This document shows, piece after piece, positions 18,659-27,999 of a stretch of DNA of 41,824 bases (within the stretch, counting starts at the first letter, position 1; every line of letters starts with the position of its first letter). The notes under the pieces are model-generated. The model ran no database searches, was not told the DNA's origin, and was given only the letters and a program-made list of their open reading frames with translations. The stretch is from Candidatus Gastranaerophilales bacterium (lineage in GTDB: Bacteria > Cyanobacteriota > Vampirovibrionia > Gastranaerophilales > UBA9971). A program made the position numbers and the translations under genes. The stretch is from positions 1 to 41,824 of the forward strand of contig JANQIY010000400.1 in NCBI GenBank assembly GCA_028281965.1. The letters run 5' to 3'.

Positions 18659-18680
18659 TGCAGCAAAAATGCAGCAAAAA
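18659..18680 (+). promoter_or_regulatory. Integrase arm-type repeats, left end (TGCAGCAAAAA x2)
   Basis: 11-bp period tandem; the same motif occurs at 37003-37023. Confidence 0.7.
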
Positions 18681-18716
18681 ATTTTATAAATTTAAGGATT
18701 TTTATTGAGGTGCTTT

Positions 18717-19910
18717 ATGGCTTGGATTGAAGAAAGAAAAAAGAAAAACGGTAAAACTACCTACACTGCTACAGTGAGGTTAAAAGTTAGGAAGCAGCTT
18801 GTTACTAAAGTAGCTACGTTTGACAGCATAAGACGAGCTAAAGAATGGGTACAGGAAATTGAATATGAAATAAAAAAAGGTAAATATTCCAAAAATGCCG
18901 ACCTTGATAAATATACCGTTGCCGATATGATTGACAGATATTTAGAGGATGTTGTTCCTGGTAAATATGATAAAAAAAGAGATGTTGATGGAGTTAAGAG
19001 GCATTTAGGCTACTGGCGTGAAAAAATAGGGCAATTCCTTTTAATGGATACAACATCTGCCCTTATTATCAGGTATAGGGATAAATTAAAAAAAGAGCCT
19101 TATGTAAAATTTAAGAGAACCTCTGGAAAAAGTAAGCCGGAAACACCGGAAGAAAGAAAAGCACGGGAAAGAGAGCGTAGTAACGGCACTGTAAATAGAT
19201 ATGTTGGTTCATTATCGAGTGTTTTTACTTATGCTATTTCGTGGGGCTGGATAGAAGAAAATCCAGTATCAAAAGTTAAAAAACTAAAAGAACCACGGGG
19301 TAGGGTGCGTTTTTTAAGTGATGAAGAGCATAAAGCACTATTAGAAGCCTGTAAGGTAGATGATACTCCACAGGATAAAGATAAAAAAGAAAAAATGGTA
19401 ACCAACCCTAATTTGTATATAGTTGTTGTTATTGCTTTAACTACAGGCGCAAGATTTTCAGAGATAATGAATTTAAAATGGGATGATGTTGACTTTAACA
19501 GGAAATTATTTTATTTTCTGGAAACCAAAAACAAAGAACGCCGTTCAGTTCCTATATCTCAACATGCTTATGACCTTCTACAGGAGCATAAAAAGGTTAG
19601 AAGAATTAATACTAAACTTGTTTTTCCAGGAATACAAGGAAATAAACCTTTGGAATTAAAAAGGCAGTGGGAAAACGCTGTTGAAATAGCTGGACTTGAA
19701 GATTTCCGTTTTCACGATTTACGGCATACGGCAGCCAGCTATTTAGCAATGAACGGGGCTTCTTTACTCGAAATAGCCCATATTTTAGGACACAGAACTC
19801 TTGAGATGACTAAACGTTATAGCCATTTAACAGACCAGCACACGGCAGAAATCCTTGAGCGCATTAACGAAGTTCAATTTAACAAAAAAGAGGAGGCAAA
19901 AGCTCAATGA
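18717..19910 (+). CDS. int: Tyrosine integrase, full length
   Basis: N-terminal arm-binding-like beta region, TGARFSE, ETKN, FHDLRHTAAS, LGH, RYSH. ATG 18717 follows GAGG. Confidence 0.95.
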   Translation: MAWIEERKKKNGKTTYTATVRLKVRKQLVTKVATFDSIRRAKEWVQEIEYEIKKGKYSKNADLDKYTVADMIDRYLEDVVPGKYDKKRDVDGVKRHLGYWREKIGQFLLMDTTSALIIRYRDKLKKEPYVKFKRTSGKSKPETPEERKARERERSNGTVNRYVGSLSSVFTYAISWGWIEENPVSKVKKLKEPRGRVRFLSDEEHKALLEACKVDDTPQDKDKKEKMVTNPNLYIVVVIALTTGARFSEIMNLKWDDVDFNRKLFYFLETKNKERRSVPISQHAYDLLQEHKKVRRINTKLVFPGIQGNKPLELKRQWENAVEIAGLEDFRFHDLRHTAASYLAMNGASLLEIAHILGHRTLEMTKRYSHLTDQHTAEILERINEVQFNKKEEAKAQ

Positions 19911-20929
19911 ATAATGAATTAGTTTTTTATAAATCGCCGGATGGTTCTGTAAGTATAGAGGTTTTGTATGCTGATGAAAATGTATGGCTTACTCAAAAGA
20001 AAATGGCGGAATTATTTGATACAACTCCACAAAACATAACCTTACACTTAAAAAATATTTATAAAGAAAAAGAGCTGACTCAGGAATCAACTTGTAAGGA
20101 TTTCTTACAAGTTCAAAAAGAAGGCGTAAGGGAGGTTTCAAGGAATTTAACTTTTTATTCACTTGAGGCAATAATTGCTGTGGGTTATCGTGTAAGCTCT
20201 GATAGAGGTACACAGTTTAGACAATGGGCTACTACAATCTTACAAAAGTATATACACAAAGGCTTTGCTGTTGATAAAGACCGCTTTAAATATGGTTCTA
20301 AGTTCAGTACAAAGTTTTTTGATGAATTACTGGAAGAAATCCGGGATATTCGCAGTAGTGAAAGAATGGCATATCAAAAGATTACAGATATTTACGCCAC
20401 TTCTATTGATTATTCCCCAAAAACAGATACATCAAAAACATTCTTTGCAACGGTTCAAAATAAGCTACACTTTGCTATCACAGGAAAAACAGCAGCAGAA
20501 ATTGTATCAGAAAGAGCGGATAGCAATAAAGCAAATATGGGCTTAACTTCGTGGAGAAAAGGCCCAGAAGGTAAAATAATGCCGAGCGATGTTACTATTG
20601 CTAAAAATTATCTAGAAAAAACAGAGTTAGACCACCTAAATAGAATTGTATCAATGTACTTGGATTATGCTGAAATGCAGGCAATAAGGCAAAAGCCTAT
20701 GTATATGAAAGACTGGACGGAAAAATTAAATGCCTTCTTGAAGTTTAGTGAATATGAAATTCTAACAAATGCGGGAAAAATCAGCCAAGAAGTTGCCAAG
20801 AATCTAGCTATGAAAGAATATGAAGAATTTAAAAAGATTCAAGATAAAAATTATGTGTCTGATTTTGATTTAGAAGTGCAGGAACTTAAAAAACTTGCTG
20901 ATGCTAATAAACCAGATAATAAAAGCTGA
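19907..20929 (+). CDS. RhuM-family protein
   Basis: WLTQKKMAELF, IIAVGYRV, TQFRQWAT, FDELLEEIRDIRSSER, VQNKLH, IAKNYL; ATGA overlap with int. Confidence 0.9.
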   Translation: MNNELVFYKSPDGSVSIEVLYADENVWLTQKKMAELFDTTPQNITLHLKNIYKEKELTQESTCKDFLQVQKEGVREVSRNLTFYSLEAIIAVGYRVSSDRGTQFRQWATTILQKYIHKGFAVDKDRFKYGSKFSTKFFDELLEEIRDIRSSERMAYQKITDIYATSIDYSPKTDTSKTFFATVQNKLHFAITGKTAAEIVSERADSNKANMGLTSWRKGPEGKIMPSDVTIAKNYLEKTELDHLNRIVSMYLDYAEMQAIRQKPMYMKDWTEKLNAFLKFSEYEILTNAGKISQEVAKNLAMKEYEEFKKIQDKNYVSDFDLEVQELKKLADANKPDNKS

Positions 20930-21009
20930 TATAATAAAATAATCCCCGAAGCTTGGCGGCGCAGGGATTATGTGTAAGTTTATATTTAACTATGGGAATA
21001 GTGTAACAC

Positions 21010-22242
21010 ATGCAAATAGAAATATGGCGACCATATTTAATCAAAATTATAAAAGACATTGGTTTTTTCAAAGATAATTTTGAAAACAGTTTAAGTGGAA
21101 CCGAAACCAGCTTTAAAAAACAGGATGATTTTAATAAATTAATAAAACACTTAGAGGCTTTATTTCAAAGGTTTTACTGTATATCCTCTGGGGTAGAAAT
21201 AAAGTATCAAGAAGGAAAGCCTTTTTTAATTAATCAAAATCATGAAATTATTAAATCTCAGGAAGTTTTTGCAAAATATTTGAAAGAATCTATAAAAAGA
21301 AAAGGTCTTTTATATTTAAGAAGAGAAGATTTATTAAAATTTGACGAAACATATAAACTTATTGAAGAAAAATTAATTAGATTCAATTTGACTACTTTCC
21401 AAGAAGAACAATCACATCTAATTACACTATACAAAAGAGAAAGAGATTATAATAAGTGTATATTAGCCTTTCTCTGTAAAGATATTACCCAATTAGAAGG
21501 TATTTTAATAAATGATGAAAAAAATGGGATTGACAAGAATACCTTTATTGATGAACTTGTTAATGAATTAAATAAATTATCACATCATTGTAAAATCTGG
21601 ATTATTACAGATCATATAAAGAATTTGTTAGCTTATCCTTGTAATTTATCAGAAGAACCTTCTCAAAATTTAGCTATCCGCTACCATAATAGTCTAATTG
21701 GCTTTTGGCATATTGAACAAGAAATAAACAAAAGATCATTGTTTACAGAAATAATTTCTACTACAGAAAAGCCTGTTGATGAATTTAAAGATAAAGAAAA
21801 TAATGAAAACTCACCAGAGGTTATTAATAAATTAAATGAAATATTAGAACGTGTTGAGGGTATTGAAGCACAGGGAAAATTAAAACAAGAAACAACGCAG
21901 AAATCAGTGGGAGAAATAAAGCATAATTATACTTTCGAAAAATGCATAGAAGGAAAAATGAAAGGGAAAGTGCGTGTATTTTATAAGGGCAGAGAAAAAG
22001 GGGATTTGCCAGGCCCGATAAGACAAAAAGTATTTGAGTATTTGCTTAATAACAGCAACAACAAAAATGCTATATCTCTCAGAAATATAAAAAAAGCTTG
22101 CGGAGTAAAAAGTGAAAATGCTTTAAAAAATACATATATAGGCGAAATTAATACCATGCTTAGGATGGTTCATGGTAATGAAAAAACATATATAACTCTT
22201 GACCAAAAAAATAAAATATTTTGCCACAATATCCCATTATAA
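21010..22242 (+). CDS. Hypothetical protein with a possible C-terminal winged-helix domain
   Basis: 410-aa ORF; the C-terminal QKVFEYLL...ISLRNIKKACG...YIGEINTML pattern is wHTH-like. Confidence 0.55.
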   Translation: MQIEIWRPYLIKIIKDIGFFKDNFENSLSGTETSFKKQDDFNKLIKHLEALFQRFYCISSGVEIKYQEGKPFLINQNHEIIKSQEVFAKYLKESIKRKGLLYLRREDLLKFDETYKLIEEKLIRFNLTTFQEEQSHLITLYKRERDYNKCILAFLCKDITQLEGILINDEKNGIDKNTFIDELVNELNKLSHHCKIWIITDHIKNLLAYPCNLSEEPSQNLAIRYHNSLIGFWHIEQEINKRSLFTEIISTTEKPVDEFKDKENNENSPEVINKLNEILERVEGIEAQGKLKQETTQKSVGEIKHNYTFEKCIEGKMKGKVRVFYKGREKGDLPGPIRQKVFEYLLNNSNNKNAISLRNIKKACGVKSENALKNTYIGEINTMLRMVHGNEKTYITLDQKNKIFCHNIPL

Positions 22243-22486
22243 CTATCAGTGAGTTATCTTGCAAATGCTTTTTGATAGATAGGCTAATGCTTTCAGGGCT
22301 TTAAAATTTAAAAAACACCAAAATCTAGTGTGCTATTTTTTTATTTTTGTTTTTCAAAATAGCTATATGCTTTGCTGTGTAAAATTATACCCCCTTACAA
22401 TGTCTCACCAGTCACTCACTGCGACTGTTTTGCACTAAATATAAGGGATAATTGGCATAGGTACTAAGATAGGAGATACAGCACTG

Positions 22487-22693
22487 ATGACAACTAACTA
22501 CAAACAAGGACACCGTACCATTAAGCAAATGATTGAAGAACATCATTACGCTGGTGGAGAAGGTGGATTGCGCAGATTAATTGAGGACAACAAGTATGGT
22601 ATAGGTGTTTGCGTTCGCCGTGTAGGAAAACGCATAATGGTTGACCTGGAAAAGTACTATAACTGGCTGGAATCAATTAATGAGAGTGCATAA
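22487..22693 (+). CDS. Excisionase/AlpA-like small DNA-binding protein
   Basis: 68 aa, AGGAG RBS, RRVGKRIMVDLEKYYNWL wing motif; first gene of the replication operon. Confidence 0.65.
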   Translation: MTTNYKQGHRTIKQMIEEHHYAGGEGGLRRLIEDNKYGIGVCVRRVGKRIMVDLEKYYNWLESINESA

Positions 22694-22699
22694 GCCAGC

Positions 22700-23161
22700 A
22701 TGATGGACGGATGGATAAAACTATATCGCCAAATACTTAAATGGGAGTGGTATTCAGATGTAAATGTATGTAGACTGTTTATCCATTTACTATTAACCGC
22801 CAATCATAAAGCAAATAAATGGCGGGGCATAGCTATCGAAAAAGGGCAAAAGCTAACCAGCTTGAAGCATTTGGCGGAAGAAACAGGCTTAAGCGTTCAG
22901 CAGGTTAGAACTTCCATTTTAAAGCTAAAATCAACAAACGAAATAACACACCGTACAACACGCCAATATTCAATCATATCAATAGTTAAATGGGATGATT
23001 ACCAATCTGAGCAACACACAAGAAAACAAACGGGTAACAAACGAGTAACAACTAACAAGAATGATAAAAATGATAAGAAAAATTATCAACCTAAAGAGTT
23101 ATTAGAAAAAGACTCAAACGCCGAATTGGATGAAATATTAAAGCGGGAGGGTGTGAAATAG
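22700..23161 (+). CDS. Phage replication initiator (replisome-organiser-like N-terminal wHTH)
   Basis: GWIKLYRQI...FIHLLLTANH...GQKLTSLKHLAEETGLS; contains internal iteron-like repeats. Confidence 0.75.
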   Translation: MMDGWIKLYRQILKWEWYSDVNVCRLFIHLLLTANHKANKWRGIAIEKGQKLTSLKHLAEETGLSVQQVRTSILKLKSTNEITHRTTRQYSIISIVKWDDYQSEQHTRKQTGNKRVTTNKNDKNDKKNYQPKELLEKDSNAELDEILKREGVK

Positions 23162-23931
23162 TGGCTATTTACTGCATACACGACCATGACCCGGAACTAA
23201 AAAAGCGTGGAGCTTTTGAAATACAAAAAAGTGAAATTAGACAATACAACCAGCAAGGATACGGAATTTTTCACACTGCTAATGAGTTTAACGGACGCAG
23301 GAAAGCGGAGAATCTCGTAAAAATAAACTACTGGCTAGCTGATATTGACGAAGGGGATAAGTTCAATGAGCAAATAGACAGAATAATGAGCTTGCCATTA
23401 ATACCAACCATATTAATTGAAACAAAGAAAGGCTTTCATTGTTACTGGAAGGCAGAAAACGCAACGCTGGAAAACTATAAAGAGATTGAAAAAGGCTTAA
23501 TCCAGAGACTTAAAGCAGATAAGGCATGTACTGATGTATGCAGGCTTTTAAGATATCCAGGCACATATCATATGAAAGACCCCCAAAATCCCTTTAAAGT
23601 TGAGCTTATTATGAACAATAAAAAAAGCTATTCAGAAGAAAAAATGCTCTGTGCGTACCAGCTTCCAAAACCAAAATTAAAACCCTTGAAGTATAACGGG
23701 GAAAAGAAAGATTTTTTAGATGAATCAAAGTGGGAGAGGTTTTTCAATGTTTCACAAGTTGGAGAGGGTAACAGAAATTCAACACTGGTACGCTATACAT
23801 TTTGGATGAAAGACCAGCAGCTTAATAATAGCCAAATTGAGTATATTATCAATGGCTTAAATCAAAAAATTGCCAAGCCGTTGTCTCAGCAGGAAGTAGA
23901 CCAGTTATTGAGGACGAAAGGTGTATATTAA
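23161..23931 (+). CDS. AEP/RepB-type DNA primase with a PriCT-like C-terminus
   Basis: ADID, ETKKGFHCYW, DVCRLLRYPG, EGNRN, PLSQQEV motifs. Confidence 0.8.
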   Translation: MAIYCIHDHDPELKKRGAFEIQKSEIRQYNQQGYGIFHTANEFNGRRKAENLVKINYWLADIDEGDKFNEQIDRIMSLPLIPTILIETKKGFHCYWKAENATLENYKEIEKGLIQRLKADKACTDVCRLLRYPGTYHMKDPQNPFKVELIMNNKKSYSEEKMLCAYQLPKPKLKPLKYNGEKKDFLDESKWERFFNVSQVGEGNRNSTLVRYTFWMKDQQLNNSQIEYIINGLNQKIAKPLSQQEVDQLLRTKGVY

Positions 23932-24821
23932 TGCTTAAAAAATATATGGAAGCTAACAAAAAAGTCGGTGTTTTCGGGGTTAAGTACCTTGATGACAAAT
24001 TAAGAGGCATTCTTCTTGGGGATTTAATCTTGATAGGAGCAAGAAGCGGGGCAGGAAAATCTACAATAGCAAATTATATTGCCGCAATAAACCGAGATAA
24101 AGGACACAAAGTTTCTTTGTTTTCACTAGAAAACTTTGAGGGGGATTGTTTCATTGAAAAAGCCTATTACAAATATATGCAGGAAACACAAGATTACAGC
24201 CTTAATTTGCGGGATTTTGCAAGCGGTTCAGTACAGTTTGATATGCTGGCTTTCCAAAAGGCAGAAGAGTACGCAAAAAAATGTTTTGAGGGGATAAATA
24301 TTATAAACAGGCGAGCAAATTATAACATTGAGGATTTAAAAAATGACATTATCAGGGAAGCAGAGGTAAATGAAAGCAAATTAATAATTTTAGACCACCT
24401 GGATTATGTTTCAAAATATGGCAACGAAAGCGATAACCTGCACACTAATGAATTAATGCGTACCATCAGGGATGTTCAGGACGCTTTTAAGGTTGCGGTT
24501 ATTGCGATATCTCATTTAAGAAAAAGTTTAACTCTTAAAGAAGCCCCTGTAATTCCCTCTATGGAGGAGTTTATCGGCTCAAGTAACAAATATAAAGAGG
24601 CTACGGCTGTTATTATGCTTGCACCTGATGATGAATGCAATATGACTAATGATGATAAAACCAAAAGGGGGACATGGTGCTGTATTCGCAAGTTAAGAAT
24701 GGGCGGAATAGACAACAGAGCCGCTAAACTATGGTTCGACACTATCACAGGGCAATATTTAAACAGTTATAACTTATACAAAGTTAATTATTCAGGCACT
24801 AAAACAGAGCGATTACTATGA
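23931..24821 (+). CDS. DnaB-like (SF4) helicase, C-terminal domain
   Basis: LILIGARSGAGKS, FSLE, IILDHL, ISHLRK, GSS motifs. Confidence 0.85.
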   Translation: MLKKYMEANKKVGVFGVKYLDDKLRGILLGDLILIGARSGAGKSTIANYIAAINRDKGHKVSLFSLENFEGDCFIEKAYYKYMQETQDYSLNLRDFASGSVQFDMLAFQKAEEYAKKCFEGINIINRRANYNIEDLKNDIIREAEVNESKLIILDHLDYVSKYGNESDNLHTNELMRTIRDVQDAFKVAVIAISHLRKSLTLKEAPVIPSMEEFIGSSNKYKEATAVIMLAPDDECNMTNDDKTKRGTWCCIRKLRMGGIDNRAAKLWFDTITGQYLNSYNLYKVNYSGTKTERLL

Positions 24822-24879
24822 AAAATTGGCTTAAAACTTGAAAAACTTAGAATTATTTAGAAATAGAAGAGGTAAAAAG

Positions 24880-25305
24880 ATGCTGAATACAAAACAAAGG
24901 AAGTTTATACCGGAATATCTAAAGACAGGATGTATAAGGACAACCTGCGATAAGCTGGGTATTCACGAAACAACTTACTTTAAATGGCGTGAAAATCAAG
25001 AATTCATTGCAGAGCTTAAAAAGCAGCTTGATGAGTTATATAATTCTTCTCTTAATGAATTAAAAATGATTTCATCAGAGGCAATAATAGTTCTTAAAGG
25101 GCTTTTAAACAGCGATATTGAAGTAATTAAGCTCAGGGCAGCCAGCACAATTCTTGATAATCTTCATAAATTTTCAGAAAAAAAGGAATTTAATTTATCA
25201 GTAGTAACAAAAAACAATAATACCAACGTAAATACAGATGTAAAGGAGTTTTCAGATGAAGAACTTGAAGAATTTATCGAAAATCTCGGCTATAAACGTG
25301 TTTAA
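24880..25305 (+). CDS. Terminase small subunit-like HTH protein
   Basis: LNTKQRKF...CDKLGIHETTYFKW HTH, KLRAASTIL, SDEEL tail; lies directly before terL. ATG 24880 follows GAGG. Confidence 0.65.
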   Translation: MLNTKQRKFIPEYLKTGCIRTTCDKLGIHETTYFKWRENQEFIAELKKQLDELYNSSLNELKMISSEAIIVLKGLLNSDIEVIKLRAASTILDNLHKFSEKKEFNLSVVTKNNNTNVNTDVKEFSDEELEEFIENLGYKRV

Positions 25306-26740
25306 TGAACTTTCTATAAGATATGCAAGAAAGAACCTGATTGATTTTACCAGAAAAACATTTAAACATTATGTTCCTAACTGGCATCATTATTTAATAG
25401 CTGACAGGTTGGAACTAGTTGAGAAAAGGGAAATAACACGATTAATAATTTCCATGCCTCCCCGTTATGGCAAATCTGAGCTGGCTTCTGTCCGGTTTCC
25501 GGCATGGTATCTAGGGAAAAGACCTCTTGAAAGTATCATTGCAGCGTCTTATTCTTCAAAATTAGCTGAAGATTTTGGGAAAAATGCAAGAAATACTGTT
25601 AATAGTGATGAATATAAGGAAATATTCAATATTACATTATCAGGCGATTCAGCAGCAAAGCAGAAGTGGACAGTTATAAGTGAAGAAAAATATATAACAG
25701 GTGAGTACTTTGGTACTGGAGTAGGAGGAGCAGCAACGGGAAAAGGAGCAAATTTATTATTAATAGACGACCCTGTTAAAAACAGGCAAGATGTGCAATC
25801 AGAAATATTAAGGGAAAATGTTTGGGACTGGTATACTTCAACGGCTTATACAAGGCTTGAAAAAGACGGTGTAATTGTACTTATAATGACCCGTTGGCAT
25901 GAAGATGACCTTGCAGGGCGTTTGATTAACGGACAGTCAGAATATTCTGATAAATGGGAAGTTTTGAACCTTCCTGCTATAGCTGAAGAAAACGAAGTTT
26001 TTGAGATTTATAATAAACATTACATTGAAAAGCTGGGGACTAATATTTTAACCAGAAAAGAAGGCGAACCTCTCTGGGCAGCAAAATTTAACATTGATAA
26101 TTTGATAAAAACTAGGATTGCAGTAGGGTCTTATGACTGGAACTCTCTTTATCAGCAAAATCCTTTATCTGCTGAAGGAAATATATTTAAGCGTGAATGG
26201 TTTAAATTCTATAAAGAACCACCTCCAAATTTACATACTATAACTCAATCCTGGGATTGTGCTTTTAAAGATAATAAGGATTCTGATTATGTAGTAGGTC
26301 AGGTGTGGGGCAAGTCAGGAATAGATTGCTATTTGTTAGACCAGGTAAGAGGCAAAATGAATATTATTGCTACTATGCAGGCAATAAGAAATTTATCAGC
26401 AAAATATCCTAATACAACAGCGACATTAATTGAAGATAAAGCAAACGGAACAGCAGTAATAGAGATGCTTAAAAGCGAGCTTACAGGAATTATTCCGGTA
26501 GAACCCGAAGGCGGTAAGATTGTAAGAGCGCAAGCAGCAGCACCTTTATTAGAGGCTGGAAATATTTATTTGCCAGACCCTGCAATAGCCCCCTGGATAA
26601 ATGATTTTATCTTTGAATGCTGCGGTTTTCCTAACACCAAAAATGATGATCAGGTTGATGCAATGACACAAGCTCTTGCAAGAATAGGCAAAAAAGTTTT
26701 TATTATGGAAAATCCTGAAAATTTTATAATTGGACTTTAA
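25256..26740 (+). CDS. terL: Terminase large subunit
   Basis: MPPRYGKS, LLIDDP, MTRWHEDDL, YQQNP; nuclease-domain SWD, IEDKANG, DDQVDA all intact. Confidence 0.92.
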   Translation: MKNLKNLSKISAINVFNELSIRYARKNLIDFTRKTFKHYVPNWHHYLIADRLELVEKREITRLIISMPPRYGKSELASVRFPAWYLGKRPLESIIAASYSSKLAEDFGKNARNTVNSDEYKEIFNITLSGDSAAKQKWTVISEEKYITGEYFGTGVGGAATGKGANLLLIDDPVKNRQDVQSEILRENVWDWYTSTAYTRLEKDGVIVLIMTRWHEDDLAGRLINGQSEYSDKWEVLNLPAIAEENEVFEIYNKHYIEKLGTNILTRKEGEPLWAAKFNIDNLIKTRIAVGSYDWNSLYQQNPLSAEGNIFKREWFKFYKEPPPNLHTITQSWDCAFKDNKDSDYVVGQVWGKSGIDCYLLDQVRGKMNIIATMQAIRNLSAKYPNTTATLIEDKANGTAVIEMLKSELTGIIPVEPEGGKIVRAQAAAPLLEAGNIYLPDPAIAPWINDFIFECCGFPNTKNDDQVDAMTQALARIGKKVFIMENPENFIIGL

Positions 26741-26827
26741 TCAATATAATATTTTGTTTAAAAAAAATTTTTATTCTTTCTATACAAATATTGACAGTTA
26801 AGCTCGATTAAAATCTTTAAAGTTTTA

Positions 26828-27172
26828 CTATAATTCCTTAAAGATACTTTTAATATCTTCTTTTTTAATAATTTCAATTAATTTTGTAACAAGCTCTGTC
26901 TCTTTAGCATCAAGCTCAAATTGCTGTTTTAATAACTTTTTTGAAGAAGAGGGGCTGGTTTTTGCTAGTATTTCTTCATCATCATCAAAAAAGTACAGTG
27001 GATTGACTTTATACTCTTTAACTAACTGAATTAATATTTCAAATTTAACTGTATGCTTTTCCTTCTCCCATTCTCTCAAGGTTTTAGGGGTAATGCCAAG
27101 TTTTTCAGCAAACTCAATTTGCTTAAATCCAAGTGTTTCTCTTATCTTAATTAGCTTTTCACCAATTGCCAT
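26828..27172 (-). CDS. XRE/Cro-CI family HTH regulator
   Basis: IGEKLIKIRETLGFKQIEFAEKLGITPKTLREWE. Confidence 0.9.
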   Translation of the reverse strand: MAIGEKLIKIRETLGFKQIEFAEKLGITPKTLREWEKEKHTVKFEILIQLVKEYKVNPLYFFDDDEEILAKTSPSSSKKLLKQQFELDAKETELVTKLIEIIKKEDIKSIFKEL

Positions 27173-27214
27173 AGTATACTCACTTAATGATTAGGTAGAA
27201 CCTGTTCTTTTTTC

Positions 27215-27243
27215 TTGACAATAGGTAATTTATGACTTATTAT
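27215..27243 (+). promoter_or_regulatory. Sigma70 promoter divergent from the XRE gene
   Basis: TTGACA-17-TATTAT. Confidence 0.6.
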
Positions 27244-27275
27244 GATTTTGTCTAAATAATAGGATTATCCTATTG

Positions 27276-27320
27276 CCAAGAGGGTTGGTCTGTTCGCATT
27301 ATCAACCCTTTTGGTTTCTT
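27276..27320 (+). terminator. Terminator/attenuator-like hairpin
   Basis: CCAAGAGGGTTGGT-loop-ATCAACCCTTTTGG followed by TTTCTT. Confidence 0.55.
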
Positions 27321-27412
27321 AACTATTTGGATTATAAAACAGAAATTACCTGTTTAGCAAATCATTTTGTTAAAACGGGGTAATTAGTGTACTTACAAAA
27401 TAAAAAACAAGC

Positions 27413-27787
27413 ATGAGATTTAGTTTTTTTATTCTAATTTTTACTTGCTTTATCCTTGTATTTATAAACATTTCTAACTTTCGAGGAGAAAGAGAATACC
27501 CAGATAAAAAAACTCTTTTGAGAGCTAAGAGTTGGCTTAAAAATTATCATGCAAAAAGAAAGCATGAACAATTTAAACCCGACCAGTATCAAATTGACTA
27601 TAACACATTGATAGTCACAAAATTTGTTGATGAAATTGAAGCTAGGAATATCAGAAAGCAAAAAAGAATCTTACAAATAAAACAAGCAACTTTATCATGC
27701 CCTGCAAATTATGAAGAAATTTGGTCTTTTGTTCATCCGAGAGATGTTTTAATTATGCTTTATGATAAGCAAGATGAGATAATATGA
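27413..27787 (+). CDS. Hypothetical protein
   Basis: 124-aa ORF downstream of the divergent promoter; hydrophobic N-terminus; no recognised motif. Confidence 0.45.
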   Translation: MRFSFFILIFTCFILVFINISNFRGEREYPDKKTLLRAKSWLKNYHAKRKHEQFKPDQYQIDYNTLIVTKFVDEIEARNIRKQKRILQIKQATLSCPANYEEIWSFVHPRDVLIMLYDKQDEII

Positions 27788-27999
27788 AATACTATCATAT
27801 AAATGGACAAAAAATGGGTTTGAATGGTGTTTTATAAATATTAATTTTTGCAAAAGTTTAACAAGAAAAAAATGTAACACTAGTAAACATAGTCTAGCCC
27901 TAATTCTCAAGAATCGTTTAATCAGAGGAATTGTTACATTATAATTTAGATTGTATAATTGACTTGACTTTATAGTACATTTTCTGCGGGTGGTAAGTA

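Noticed and set aside
22295-22310. AGGGCTTTAAAATTT shared with ~18448
   Set aside because: A short AT-rich match with no further context; it could be chance.
27784-27837. 17-codon ORF overlapping the stop of ORF 27413
   Set aside because: Too short and has no supporting motif; at most a remnant.
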